Positions 1 to 9,890 of a DNA stretch of 55,571 nucleotides are shown here, in pieces. The notes below the pieces were generated by a model, which had not been told where the DNA came from, ran no database searches, and saw only the letters and a program-made list of their open reading frames with translations. The stretch's first letter is position 1; each line of letters begins with the position of its first letter. A program made the position numbers and the translations under genes. Location of the stretch: the NCBI GenBank assembly GCA_045630985.1, contig JAZQTW010000066.1, positions 1 to 55,571 on the forward strand. Direction: 5' to 3'. The DNA comes from Alphaproteobacteria bacterium. Lineage in GTDB: Bacteria > Pseudomonadota > Alphaproteobacteria > RF32 > CAG-239.

Positions 1-130
1 AAATGGATAAATTTTAGTTTCTATCTCTCAGATGGAAGCCTGTTAGCAAAAATTCATGTACCTTTTTTGTACACTAGAATTTTTGCTACAGGACATCTGA
101 GGCTATAAACGTAAAATTTATCCCATTTAA
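1..130. repeat. Long-hairpin palindromic element, copy A (RPE-like)
   Basis: Nested inverted repeats: aaatggataaatttta/taaaatttatcccattt, ctcagatg/catctgag, cctg/cagg, tagcaaaaattc/gaatttttgcta, tgtac-N7-gtaca; same motifs recur at 9887-10243. Confidence 0.85.
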
Positions 131-147
131 CCACATGTTTATATAAT

Positions 148-177
148 AAAAAACGCTTCCGTGGTGGAGGCGTTTTT
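148..177. terminator. Bidirectional intrinsic terminator after the dnaB-ycgN-ycgN-ygjP unit
   Basis: aaaaacgcttcc-gtggt-ggaggcgttttt hairpin with A and T tracts. Confidence 0.8.
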
Positions 178-196
178 GTTTGAGCTGTTTTGTTTT

Positions 197-910
197 TTAT
201 TTATAAGTATAAAGTAGGTGGCCGTTATGAGTTAGCCAATCACGTCCTTTATGGGCGTCTTCTTCTAAAAATTCTACTAAAGCCCAGAAGTATGCAGAGT
301 GGTCTTGGTGTTTTAAGTGTGATACTTCATGTGCTACAATATAACGGATTACGTATTCTGGGGCTAGAGCTAAGCGCCAACTGTAATTTATGTTGTTCAA
401 GCTTGAGCAACTTGCCCAACGTGATTTTGTATCTTTAATGCAAACATTATGTACAGTTTTGCCAATTTTATCGGCTACATCAATTGAGCGAGCTGTAAAT
501 TCTTCTAATGCTAATTTTTTGATGAAATCTTTTACTCTTCTATGTAGGAATTCAATACCGCCAGATACATATAAGATTTTGTTTTTCTTATCTAATCTTG
601 TGTTGCCACGTATATCTGTGTGTTCTATACGATAATCTTTGCCAAAGATAGAGATTGTATCATTGTTTTGGAATTGCTTTAATTCTGGGATTTTGCTTAA
701 ATTATCTAAAACCCAGTCTTGATGGCTTTCTACAAATGATACTGCTTTTTTGCGTGAGCAGTACTTTGGAATTGTTAAAACCGCAACTCTGTCTTTTTTA
801 TCTATACGTAAAGTTAATCTTCTAGAGCGACCAGAATATATAACTTTCATATCAAAGCCTAGGTCTGCGTTTATATCAAATGTCTTCCCACTCAACAATG
901 TGATTTTCAT
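197..910 (-). CDS. YgjP/SprT-like (DUF45, M48-related) zinc metallopeptidase-domain protein
   Basis: KSRWASCS, NYSWRL, YIVAHEVSHLKHQDHS (HExxH) motifs; start uncertain, overlaps upstream gene by 35 nt. Confidence 0.88.
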   Translation of the reverse strand: MKITLLSGKTFDINADLGFDMKVIYSGRSRRLTLRIDKKDRVAVLTIPKYCSRKKAVSFVESHQDWVLDNLSKIPELKQFQNNDTISIFGKDYRIEHTDIRGNTRLDKKNKILYVSGGIEFLHRRVKDFIKKLALEEFTARSIDVADKIGKTVHNVCIKDTKSRWASCSSLNNINYSWRLALAPEYVIRYIVAHEVSHLKHQDHSAYFWALVEFLEEDAHKGRDWLTHNGHLLYTYK

Positions 911-1382
911 AATCTACTACCTCTGATTCATTTATTAGTGTTCTTGATTGTAGAGAAACGCCAGCTTCGTGCACAGAATTAGCTCGCTTGGTTATTAGCG
1001 GATGCCAATCTGGTAGTGGTTTACCTTCATCTAGCAAGATATAGGCGCAAGTTTTAGGTAACCATTTGGGCTTTTCCCGAATCGCAGAGATATCTATATC
1101 ACGGCAATCGTTAACTTTTTGGAAACGATGCGAATAAATTTTACATAAACAGCTTTTTGTATCTAAAAATCTACAGTAAGTATTTGTATAACATACTTTT
1201 CCTTTGATTTCTAATTTATTTAAGCAACATTTACCACAACCGTCACACAAGAGTTCCCATTCACGTTTGGTCATTTGTTCTAATGATTTTTTCTTCCAAA
1301 ATTCTGGCTCTACGTCATCTAGATTGTCGTATCTTGATTGTGGGTCGTATTGTTCTTCTAAGTTATATTCTTGATTTTCCAT
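876..1382 (-). CDS. ycgN: YcgN (UPF0260) cysteine-cluster protein
   Basis: FWKKKSLEQMTKREWELLCDGCGKCCLNKL, WLPKTCAY, PLPDWHPL. Confidence 0.88.
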   Translation of the reverse strand: MENQEYNLEEQYDPQSRYDNLDDVEPEFWKKKSLEQMTKREWELLCDGCGKCCLNKLEIKGKVCYTNTYCRFLDTKSCLCKIYSHRFQKVNDCRDIDISAIREKPKWLPKTCAYILLDEGKPLPDWHPLITKRANSVHEAGVSLQSRTLINESEVVDYENHIVEWEDI

Positions 1383-1750
1383 TATAAATCATCCCAATCT
1401 ACAATATGGTCTTCTAATTCTTCTTCGTTAACTTCTGTTTCGCTAACAACTCTGCCTTTGATGGTGGTTTTTATTGATGATGGATTTTTTTCAAACAATT
1501 CACGATAAGCGCAAGTTTTTGGCATCCAAGATATTTTATCTACATTTTCTGGTGAGAGTTTAATGCATGTTGGTACTAATTCGCAACGTTTGTCATATAC
1601 TGAACAGCGCATTTTTTCTTCGTCATAATATTGGCATACTATATTTGTATAGTATAAATCACCAGTATCTTCATCTTCTAATTTGATAAGACAGCATTTG
1701 CCACAGTGACGGCAGATATTTTCCCATTCATCTTTTGTATATTTTTTCAT
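1382..1750 (-). CDS. Second, shorter YcgN-family CxxCxxCC protein
   Basis: EWENICRHCGKCCLIKLEDED, WMPKTCAYR; lacks the LPxWHPL segment. Confidence 0.85.
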   Translation of the reverse strand: MKKYTKDEWENICRHCGKCCLIKLEDEDTGDLYYTNIVCQYYDEEKMRCSVYDKRCELVPTCIKLSPENVDKISWMPKTCAYRELFEKNPSSIKTTIKGRVVSETEVNEEELEDHIVDWDDL

Positions 1751-1751
1751 T

Positions 1752-3227
1752 TTATCCTCTTTGTTCAGGTAGGTAGTCTTCTCTTGTTAGGTTGCCGAAG
1801 CGAGCAAATTCACCATTCCAGAATAGTTTTACTGTACCAGTTGAACCGTGACGGTGTTTACCTAAGATTACTTCACCGATATTTGCGGTGTCTCTATCTC
1901 GTTTTATCCATTCTTCAACGCGAGTGTTAAAGTGTTCATCAGTTTCACCAGTATTGCGTTTTGGTTCAGCGTTATGGATGTAATAGTTTTCACGGAATAC
2001 GAACATTACGATGTCGGCGTCTTGCTCGATAGATCCTGATTCACGTAAGTCTGACATTAATGGGCGTTTGTCATCACGACTTTCTAGACCACGGTTTAAC
2101 TGAGATAAAGCTATAACTGGTACTTTAAGTTCTTTAGCTAAGATTTTGAGACCACGTGAAATTTCTGACACTTCTTGCACGCGGTTGCCTTGGTTCTTTT
2201 GATCGCCAGAACCGGAAATTAGTTGGATATAGTCAATAATGATTAAGCCCAAGCCATTGGTTCTTTTTAATCTTCTTGCACGTGTGCGGATGGTATTTAT
2301 GTTTACACCAGGAGTGTCATCTATATATAAAGGTAATTTTTGGTATTCTCTAACAGCTGTGGCAATGCGATTAAATTCGCCGAGTTCCATATCACCAGTT
2401 CTTAGTTTGTGACCAGGAGTATCTGTGATTGATGATAGAATACGTGAAGCTAATTGTTCTGCTGACATCTCAAGTGAGAATATTGCTACACCTTTATCAT
2501 GAGGGTCCATTTGTACCTCAGGTTTTGCCATATGTTCTGCTACGGCATAAGCTATGTTAATAGCTAACGCTGTTTTACCCATCGCAGGACGACCAGCTAA
2601 GATGATTAAGTCTGATTCATTTAATCCACCCATTTTAAGGTCTAAATCTGTAAAGCCTGTTGGAAGACCGGATACTTTTCCTTCTTTTTGGTAAGCTTTT
2701 TCAATCATTTGTAGGGTAGAGTTTAATGTTGTTCCAAAATCTTGGAAGCCTTTTTGACCGTCTCCGTGCATTGCAAGGTTAAATAAACGTTTTTCTGCTT
2801 TTTCTATTTGTGAAGCGGTATTCATTTCTAGGTTTTCAGTCATTGCTTCACTAGCAATATCATAACCTGTGGCTATTAGTTCTCGACGTAAAAATTTATC
2901 ATATATGAATTGTCCGTAATATTCTACATTTGTAAGTGGAGATGAGGACTCTGATAATTTTACTAAGTAGTTTATACCACCGACATCGTTTAATGTACCT
3001 TCTTGTTCAAAGTAGTTTTTTAGAGTTATAACATCAGCGGTGTGTCCTTTTTGAATAATTCTGCTTATTACATCGAATACTTTTACGTGAATTGGGTCAG
3101 AAAAATGCTCAGCTTTTAGAAATTCTGAAACTTTTTCGAATGCCTTATTATTTGCAAGTAATGCTCCGATGAGTGATTGTTCGGCATCAATGTTGCGAGG
3201 TAGGCGTGTTACATCCAATTCTTCCAT
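1752..3227 (-). CDS. dnaB: Replicative DNA helicase DnaB
   Basis: AEQSLIGALL, Walker A GRPAMGKT, IIDYIQL, ALSQLNR, DLRESGSIEQDAD. Confidence 0.98.
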   Translation of the reverse strand: MEELDVTRLPRNIDAEQSLIGALLANNKAFEKVSEFLKAEHFSDPIHVKVFDVISRIIQKGHTADVITLKNYFEQEGTLNDVGGINYLVKLSESSSPLTNVEYYGQFIYDKFLRRELIATGYDIASEAMTENLEMNTASQIEKAEKRLFNLAMHGDGQKGFQDFGTTLNSTLQMIEKAYQKEGKVSGLPTGFTDLDLKMGGLNESDLIILAGRPAMGKTALAINIAYAVAEHMAKPEVQMDPHDKGVAIFSLEMSAEQLASRILSSITDTPGHKLRTGDMELGEFNRIATAVREYQKLPLYIDDTPGVNINTIRTRARRLKRTNGLGLIIIDYIQLISGSGDQKNQGNRVQEVSEISRGLKILAKELKVPVIALSQLNRGLESRDDKRPLMSDLRESGSIEQDADIVMFVFRENYYIHNAEPKRNTGETDEHFNTRVEEWIKRDRDTANIGEVILGKHRHGSTGTVKLFWNGEFARFGNLTREDYLPEQRG

Positions 3228-3308
3228 GGTTTAAAATCCTTTTAATGTAGTCCGTTTATCATGTTATGGAGCAAAAGTTTAATAAATTCACGTTTTTTTA
3301 ATAAAGCT

Positions 3309-3326
3309 TGTGGATTATGTGGATAA
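3309..3326 (-). promoter_or_regulatory. Two tandem DnaA boxes in the divergent dnaB/galE promoter region
   Basis: tgtggatta (3309-3317, one mismatch) and tgtggataa (3318-3326, perfect TTATCCACA on minus strand). Confidence 0.65.
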
Positions 3327-3398
3327 GCTTGTTAAGTCATTTTAATTTAAGGGATTATATGATAGCAAAAAGCATATTTGTTTATATTGGAGCAAAAT

Positions 3399-4364
3399 AT
3401 GAGTAAGAAAATTTTAGTTATTGGCGGAGCTGGTTATATTGGTAGTCATGTTCAGAAGCAACTTATTGAAGATGGTTTTGAAGTTGTTGTTTTTGATAAT
3501 CTTTCTAGCGGTGATAAAAGCAATATATTGAGCGGTGCTAAGTTTATTGAAGGTGATATTTTAGATAAAGAAGCTCTTGTTAAGGCTATGAATGGGGTTG
3601 ATGGAGTTGTACACTTGGCAGCGAAGAAAGCTGTGGGCGAATCTATGATAAAACCTGAGGATTATGCAGAAAATAATTTAAGAGGTTCTCTTAATATATT
3701 GAATGCGATGGTGGAAAATGGGGTTAAGTATATTGTATTTTCTTCATCGGCTGCGGTTTATGGGATGCCTTTATATGTGCCAATTGATGAAAATCATCCA
3801 ATTAATCCAATTAATTATTATGGATATACTAAGCGTTGTATTGAAGAAAATATGGAGTGGTTTTCTAAATTGGGTAAAATTAACTATGCATCTTTGAGAT
3901 ATTTTAATGCGGTTGGTTATGCAAAAGATGGTAGTATAAGAGCAAAAGAAAGAAATCCGCAAAATTTAATGCCTATAATTATGGATGTGGCAAGTGGAAG
4001 AAGAGAGAGTTTTTCTATTTTTGGTAATGATTATGATACTTATGATGGAACATGTGTTAGAGATTATATTCATGTTACAGATTTAGGTGTGGCTCATAGT
4101 TTGGCTCTTAATAAATTGATGAGTGATAATCAGTCTTTTACAGTTAACCTTGGAACTGGAAAAGGTACTAGCGTTAAAGAAATTGTTGATGCTGTAGAAA
4201 AAGTTATTGGTAAAAAACTTAATTATGATTATGCTTCAAGACGAGCAGGGGATCCTGCTATGCTTACGGCAAAAGCTCTTAAAGCAAAAGAAATATTGGG
4301 TTGGGAGCCAAAATATACTGATGTTGAAGAGATTATTCGCACAGTATGGAATATTGAAGACTAA
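3399..4364 (+). CDS. galE: UDP-glucose 4-epimerase GalE
   Basis: GGAGYIGSH, KAVGES, FSSSAAVYG, YGYTK, LRYFN, DGTCVRDYIHV; ATG 3399 follows GGAG. Confidence 0.95.
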   Translation: MSKKILVIGGAGYIGSHVQKQLIEDGFEVVVFDNLSSGDKSNILSGAKFIEGDILDKEALVKAMNGVDGVVHLAAKKAVGESMIKPEDYAENNLRGSLNILNAMVENGVKYIVFSSSAAVYGMPLYVPIDENHPINPINYYGYTKRCIEENMEWFSKLGKINYASLRYFNAVGYAKDGSIRAKERNPQNLMPIIMDVASGRRESFSIFGNDYDTYDGTCVRDYIHVTDLGVAHSLALNKLMSDNQSFTVNLGTGKGTSVKEIVDAVEKVIGKKLNYDYASRRAGDPAMLTAKALKAKEILGWEPKYTDVEEIIRTVWNIED

Positions 4365-4384
4365 TTTATCTTAAGGAAAGGAAT

Positions 4385-5359
4385 ATGTTGGAAAAATTAC
4401 AATATATGTTTACACATCATGCTGTTTTATCTCAAGAAATGATGTGGGTTTGTTTTGGTGTTGCAGTTATTGTATTATTAGCACTAGATTTATTTTGCTT
4501 TAATCGTAAAAATGAAGTACCTAGCTTTTCTCATACTTTATGGGTGTGCGTAGCATATGTGGGAGCAGGTCTTTTGTTTGGGCTTTTTGTTTGGTACGAA
4601 AAAGGTGCTAATTTAGCAATGGATTACTATACAGGCTTTTTGATTGAGAAAAGTTTGTCTATGGATAATATTTTTGTTATGTCTATCATCTTTACTTGTA
4701 TTGGTGTGCCAAGACAATATCAGCACAGAGTACTCTTTTGGGGTATTTTAGGTGCGGTTGTTATGCGTGCTATTATGATTAGTATTGGTGCTGCTATTAT
4801 TCATCAATTCCATTGGGTATTATATATCTTTTCTGCCTTTCTTATCTATACTGGTATTAAGATGGTTGGCCATAAAGCTGAAGAAAATAAGGACGGAGAG
4901 GCTAATATTAAAGATAGCAAGATGTATAAGTTTATTGAAAAACACTTTCCTGTTACTCACAAGATAGATGGTGCTCATTTTGTTACAGTTAAAAAAGGTA
5001 AGAGATATATGACACCATTATTGTTTGCTCTTATACTTATTGAGTTAATGGATGTGATTTTTGCACTTGATAGTATTCCTGCTATTTTTGCTATTACTCA
5101 AGATGTATTTGTAGTGTATACAAGTAATATTTTTGCTATTTTGGGCTTGAGAGCGTTGTATTTCTTGCTTGAAGCAGCTGTTCATCGCTTTGTATACCTA
5201 AAACAAGCTTTGGCTATTGTTTTGATATTCATTGGTATTAAGATATTCTTGCCAATGTTTGGGTTGCATTTGGAATCTCTTCATTCATTAGTAATTACAT
5301 TCTCTATGTTAGCAGGTGGTGTAATTGTCTCTTTGGTAAAAGATAAGAAAAATGCTTAA
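4385..5359 (+). CDS. TerC/Alx family metal homeostasis membrane protein
   Basis: GFLIEKSLSMDNIFV, QHRVLFWGILGA, DVIFALDSIPAIFAITQD, SNIFAILGLRALYF. Confidence 0.93.
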   Translation: MLEKLQYMFTHHAVLSQEMMWVCFGVAVIVLLALDLFCFNRKNEVPSFSHTLWVCVAYVGAGLLFGLFVWYEKGANLAMDYYTGFLIEKSLSMDNIFVMSIIFTCIGVPRQYQHRVLFWGILGAVVMRAIMISIGAAIIHQFHWVLYIFSAFLIYTGIKMVGHKAEENKDGEANIKDSKMYKFIEKHFPVTHKIDGAHFVTVKKGKRYMTPLLFALILIELMDVIFALDSIPAIFAITQDVFVVYTSNIFAILGLRALYFLLEAAVHRFVYLKQALAIVLIFIGIKIFLPMFGLHLESLHSLVITFSMLAGGVIVSLVKDKKNA

Positions 5360-5369
5360 GTGAAAATTT

Positions 5370-5395
5370 AAGGGGCTGAAATATGCCCCTTTTTT
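5370..5395 (+). terminator. Intrinsic terminator
   Basis: aaggggc-tgaaatat-gcccctt plus T tract. Confidence 0.7.
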
Positions 5396-5409
5396 ATCTG
5401 GGTTAGTAA

Positions 5410-6888
5410 ATGAAAACATCGTCTCTTTATAAGTTTACATATATTTATTTGGCTATTCCATTGTTGCTTTTTTTGTTAAATTGGCTAGATTATGGATGGG
5501 CTATTGTTTTTGGTGGTGCATTTTGTTTTGCATTTTATAAAGTTTATAGCTCTATAAAGAGTGATGATGTTGAGATATTGAGTTATAATTCGTTGTTGGT
5601 TGTGATTGGTATTGCTACTGTTTGGAGCTTTTTAGCTGGTATTGGATATTTTTATCATCAGCCATTTGATTATCATTTTAGAAATGCGGTTTTTCGTGAT
5701 TTAATTAATTATGAATGGCCTGTTTTTTATGATAGAGCTAATACACCTATGGTTTATTATATGGGGTATTGGTTGTTTCCGGCTTTGTTTGGTAAATTTG
5801 CTCTATTGATTGGTTTATCTTCATATAATGCATTTATTTTTGCGAATATAATTTTGTTTATGTATGCGGTTTGTGGAGTGACTTTAGTTTTAGTTCATTT
5901 GTTGAAAGCGGTTAAGGCTAATGATAATAAGCAAATTTGGTTAGCTATTGTTATGTTTATACTTTTTTCAGGTATGGATGTTGTAGGGGATAATATTATT
6001 AAGTATCAAGCTCCTTTTGAATTTCATTTAGAGTGGTGGGCTAGTTTTATACAGTATTCATCTATTACTACAATGTTGTTTTGGATTTTTAATCAGTTTA
6101 TTCCCGTTGCCTTGATTACATTTTTAGTTTTTAATGAGAGAAGGGTTAAGAACTTTGGATTTTTGATTGCAATTAGTTTATTTATGTCACCATATCCAAC
6201 GGCAGGAATTGGTGTTTTTATGTTAATGTATTGCGTTAATTTATTGTTACAACAATATGATAAAAAAAGTTTTATTTGTGGTGAAGTGTTTAGTGCGCAA
6301 AATCTTATTGGGGTATTTTGGTTGTTGCCAGTTGAGGTTATATTTTATATTACTAATTCTGAAGGAATGAGTGGATATTATCCATTATTTGAATATACTA
6401 CATTACGTAATTTTTTGATATTTATTACTTTAGAGTTTATGTCTTACTCTTTGATTATTTGTAAAAAATTTTACAAAGATGTGTTTTTTGTATCGCTTGT
6501 AGTGATGTTATTGTTTATTCCTTTTTTAAGGGTTGATGAACAAAATAACTTTTGTATGCGATCATCTATTCCTGCAATTATTTTATTAGCTGTTTATTGT
6601 ATTAGATTTTTATTTGAGAATAGAAATAAGTATTTAACAGTTATTTTAGCCAGTATGATGTTAATTGGTGCGGTTACGCCATTAACAGAATTTTATCGTG
6701 GATTTTATTATACATCAAAAGCTGGTAGAATTAATTTGGTGGCTGATGAGATTTATACACTTAATAAATCGTTTGTGCGTATGCCTATTTTTGGGTGGGA
6801 TGCAAATCATCAATATACGGCAAAAGAATATGAAACAGATATATTTTGGCAGTTTTTTGCGAAAAAACATAGGCCTGACGGTAAGTAA
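5410..6888 (+). CDS. Polytopic membrane protein, possibly a GT-C-type glycosyltransferase
   Basis: About 12-13 hydrophobic segments; loop DYHFRNAVFRDLINYEWPV after the first helices; function is inference. Confidence 0.55.
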   Translation: MKTSSLYKFTYIYLAIPLLLFLLNWLDYGWAIVFGGAFCFAFYKVYSSIKSDDVEILSYNSLLVVIGIATVWSFLAGIGYFYHQPFDYHFRNAVFRDLINYEWPVFYDRANTPMVYYMGYWLFPALFGKFALLIGLSSYNAFIFANIILFMYAVCGVTLVLVHLLKAVKANDNKQIWLAIVMFILFSGMDVVGDNIIKYQAPFEFHLEWWASFIQYSSITTMLFWIFNQFIPVALITFLVFNERRVKNFGFLIAISLFMSPYPTAGIGVFMLMYCVNLLLQQYDKKSFICGEVFSAQNLIGVFWLLPVEVIFYITNSEGMSGYYPLFEYTTLRNFLIFITLEFMSYSLIICKKFYKDVFFVSLVVMLLFIPFLRVDEQNNFCMRSSIPAIILLAVYCIRFLFENRNKYLTVILASMMLIGAVTPLTEFYRGFYYTSKAGRINLVADEIYTLNKSFVRMPIFGWDANHQYTAKEYETDIFWQFFAKKHRPDGK

Positions 6889-6975
6889 ATAGGTGGATAC
6901 ATTTTAATTTTATTTGATAAATCAGGTTTTGTTATATATTTTTTATTCTGTTAAGTAATTTATAGGAGATTAGTT

Positions 6976-7332
6976 ATGAAAAAGTTAGGTTTGGTTTTGT
7001 TTGCAGTTTTATTTAGTTTTAATGCAAATGCGTTTGATTTGGCAGGAGCTACAAATAAACTTGCTAATGATGTAAATGCTACATCTGAAGCAGTTGAAGC
7101 TAAAAAAGCTGAAGCAAAAGCTAAGAAAGAAGAGATGAAAGCAAAAGCTGAGGCAAAGAAGGCTGAAGCAAAGGCTGAAAAAGAAGCAAGAAAAGCAAAA
7201 TATGAAGCTAAAAAGGCTGAGCTTAAAGCAGAGAAAGAAGCTAAAAAAGCTGAGTATGAAGCTGAAAAAGCAAAGAGAAAAAAAGCATTAGATGATGCTA
7301 AAAATAATTTGAAAAATGCTTTTGGTAAATAA
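6976..7332 (+). CDS. Secreted Ala/Lys/Glu-rich helical protein
   Basis: Signal peptide ending ANA, ~18-aa EAKKAExKAEKEAxKAxY repeats, AGGAG RBS. Confidence 0.8.
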   Translation: MKKLGLVLFAVLFSFNANAFDLAGATNKLANDVNATSEAVEAKKAEAKAKKEEMKAKAEAKKAEAKAEKEARKAKYEAKKAELKAEKEAKKAEYEAEKAKRKKALDDAKNNLKNAFGK

Positions 7333-7353
7333 TTTTAGCTAAATTTATTTTAT

Positions 7354-7380
7354 GAGGGTGTACTTTGGTACACCTTTTTT
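7354..7380 (+). terminator. Intrinsic terminator
   Basis: gagggtgtac-tttg-gtacacctttttt. Confidence 0.75.
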
Positions 7381-7484
7381 GTTGTAAATATATGGGTATA
7401 AGGCTTATTTATAGGTTGCTATATTATTGATATAGTATATATTTATATCGATTTTTTTAAAGGTACTTTTGAGGCGTTTAGTTT

Positions 7485-9890
7485 ATGCATAAACTTATTA
7501 TAAATCTTATCAGTTTTGGTATGTTGATGGTGGCACTTTTGTTTGCCGGTGTTTTTGTATGGTTAAGTGTAAATGGTTTTGATTTACCGGATTATAAGAG
7601 TTTATCAAAATATGAGCCTCCTGTTACTACAAGACTTTATGCTGGAGACGGACAGGTTTTGATGGAGTATGCCGTTGAAAAACGTATCTTTGTGCCTGAA
7701 AATAAAATTCCTGAAAGAATAAAACATGCTTTTATTGCGGCAGAAGATAAGCACTTTTATTCTCATTCTGGTATTGATTTTCTCGGAATAGCTCGTGCTA
7801 TTATTACGAATTTTAAAAATTATGCTCAAGGACGTCGTTTGGTTGGTGCTTCTACAATTACTCAGCAAGTGGCTAAAAACTTTTTATTGTCTTCTGAGCG
7901 TTCGCTAACTCGTAAAATTAAAGAGGCTATTTTGGCATATCGCATTAGTCGAGCATTTTCTAAAGAGCATGTGTTAGAGCTTTATCTAAATGAGATTTAT
8001 TTGGGTAACCGTGCTTATGGTGTGGCGGCAGCTGCTTTGAATTATTTCAATAAAGCGCTTGATGAGTTGACTTTAGAAGAGGCGGCATATTTGGCAGCTC
8101 TTCCTAAAGGTCCAAATAACTATAATCCTAAAAAACGTTATGAACAAGCGGTTGGTCGTCGTAACTGGGTTATTGAGCGTATGATTGAAGATGGATATGC
8201 AACTCGTGAAGAGGGTGATGTTGCCAAAGCTAGGCCATTGGTTACTGTTGATAGGCGTTTTGGATATTTAGAAGATGGTGAGTACTTTAGTGATGAAGTG
8301 CGTCGTGTATTGGCTAAGAGTTTAGGCGATGATGCTATTTTTGAAGGTGGTTTGATGGTGCGTACTACTGTTGATCCAGAACTTCAAAAGTTGGCTACTA
8401 AGACTTTCCGTCAGGGGTTGATTAATTATGATAGACGCCATGGGTATCGTCCTACAGGTATTGCTATTGACTTAAATGGTAACTATAAAGAGGATTTGCT
8501 TGCGGCAGAACTTCCTAAAGGAGCGGAAGATAGCTGGGTTAAAGCTGTTGTTGTGGCAGTTGATAGTAATAAAGCTACAGTTGAGACTATTGATGGTAAA
8601 AAAGGTGAAATTAGCTTAAAGAGTTTAGCTTGGGCTAGAAAAACATTGGAAGATCAACGTGTTAGTTTATCCCCTAAAAAGGCGTCTGATGTGTTAACTA
8701 AAGGCGATGTGATTTATGTTGAAGAAATAAAAGCTGGTGCTTTTGAGCTTCGTCAAGTGCCTAATGTTGAGGGGGCAATGGTTGTTATGAGCCCTCATAA
8801 TGGTAAGATTTTAGCTATGGTTGGTGGTTTCTCTTTTGATAAATCGCAATTTAATCGAGCTACACAAGCTTATCGTCAGACCGGTTCTACATTTAAGCCT
8901 TTTGTTTATGTTACAGCGTTAGAGCTTGGTTATTCGCCAACAGATTTAATTCTTGATGCTCCTTTTGTGCTTAATCAAGGTGTGGGGCTTCCTTTGTGGA
9001 AACCTTCTAACTACTCAAAAGGATTTTCTGGTCTTACAACTCTTCGTCAAGGTATTGAAAAGTCTAAAAACTTGATGACTGTTCGTCTTGCTCAAGATAT
9101 TGGTATGGATAAAGTGGTAGAAATGTCTAAGCGCTTAGGTGTTATGGATAATTTGCCTCATCTTTTATCTATGTCTCTTGGTTCTGGTGATACTCGCCTT
9201 ATTGATATGGTTACAGCTTATTCTTCATTTGTAAATGGTGGTATGAAGGTTCAACCTTATCTTATTGAGCAAATTCAAGACCGCTACGGTAAGAGCCTTT
9301 ATAGAAACAATGATAGCGAGTGTATTGGTTGTAAAGTTGCGCATTTTGATGAAAAAGCTGAAGTGCCTGAAATTATGGACAATCGTCAGCGCGTGCTTGA
9401 TGAGTTGACTGCTTATCAGATGGTTTCTATCTTACAAGGTGTGGCTATTCGTGGTACAGGTGCAAGGCTGGCCTCTCTAAATAAAAATCTTGCAGGTAAG
9501 ACTGGTACTACCAATGAAAATAAAGATGCTTGGTTTATTGGTTTTTCTCCTGACCTTGTGGTAGGTGTGTATGTTGGTTTTGATGAGCCTCGCACTCTTG
9601 GTAAAATTGAAACAGGTGCAGCAGCGGCTCTTCCTATCTTTTATGATTTTATGAAAGATGCGCTAAAAGATAAGCCAAATTATGATTTTCGTGTGCCTAA
9701 AGGTATTCGTTTTATTCGTGTTAACCCTCAAACAGGTAAGCCTGCAACGCTTGATGACAAGGTTGTTATTGTAGAAGCGCTTAAGCCTGATTTTGACTTT
9801 AACAACAATCAGCGCGTGATTGGTGATGGCGGTGTGCCGATGTTGGAGGATGAGAGGGATAGTGAGTTTGGTTTCGGCATAGAATATTAA
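7485..9890 (+). CDS. mrcA: Penicillin-binding protein 1A (transglycosylase/transpeptidase)
   Basis: AEDKHFYSH, GASTITQQVAKN, RKIKE, STFK, SKN, KTGT. Confidence 0.95.
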   Translation: MHKLIINLISFGMLMVALLFAGVFVWLSVNGFDLPDYKSLSKYEPPVTTRLYAGDGQVLMEYAVEKRIFVPENKIPERIKHAFIAAEDKHFYSHSGIDFLGIARAIITNFKNYAQGRRLVGASTITQQVAKNFLLSSERSLTRKIKEAILAYRISRAFSKEHVLELYLNEIYLGNRAYGVAAAALNYFNKALDELTLEEAAYLAALPKGPNNYNPKKRYEQAVGRRNWVIERMIEDGYATREEGDVAKARPLVTVDRRFGYLEDGEYFSDEVRRVLAKSLGDDAIFEGGLMVRTTVDPELQKLATKTFRQGLINYDRRHGYRPTGIAIDLNGNYKEDLLAAELPKGAEDSWVKAVVVAVDSNKATVETIDGKKGEISLKSLAWARKTLEDQRVSLSPKKASDVLTKGDVIYVEEIKAGAFELRQVPNVEGAMVVMSPHNGKILAMVGGFSFDKSQFNRATQAYRQTGSTFKPFVYVTALELGYSPTDLILDAPFVLNQGVGLPLWKPSNYSKGFSGLTTLRQGIEKSKNLMTVRLAQDIGMDKVVEMSKRLGVMDNLPHLLSMSLGSGDTRLIDMVTAYSSFVNGGMKVQPYLIEQIQDRYGKSLYRNNDSECIGCKVAHFDEKAEVPEIMDNRQRVLDELTAYQMVSILQGVAIRGTGARLASLNKNLAGKTGTTNENKDAWFIGFSPDLVVGVYVGFDEPRTLGKIETGAAAALPIFYDFMKDALKDKPNYDFRVPKGIRFIRVNPQTGKPATLDDKVVIVEALKPDFDFNNNQRVIGDGGVPMLEDERDSEFGFGIEY

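Noticed and set aside
3231-3245. CtrA box TTAA-N7-TTAA at the dnaB start
   Set aside because: It overlaps the RBS, lacks the final C, and such matches are common in AT-rich DNA.
3228-3398. Replication origin at the DnaA boxes
   Set aside because: Only two boxes in a 170-bp promoter region, no visible skew change, and a dif-like site lies 50 kb away.
4365-4384. yybP-ykoY manganese riboswitch before the TerC/Alx gene
   Set aside because: Only 20 bp separate it from galE; there is no room.
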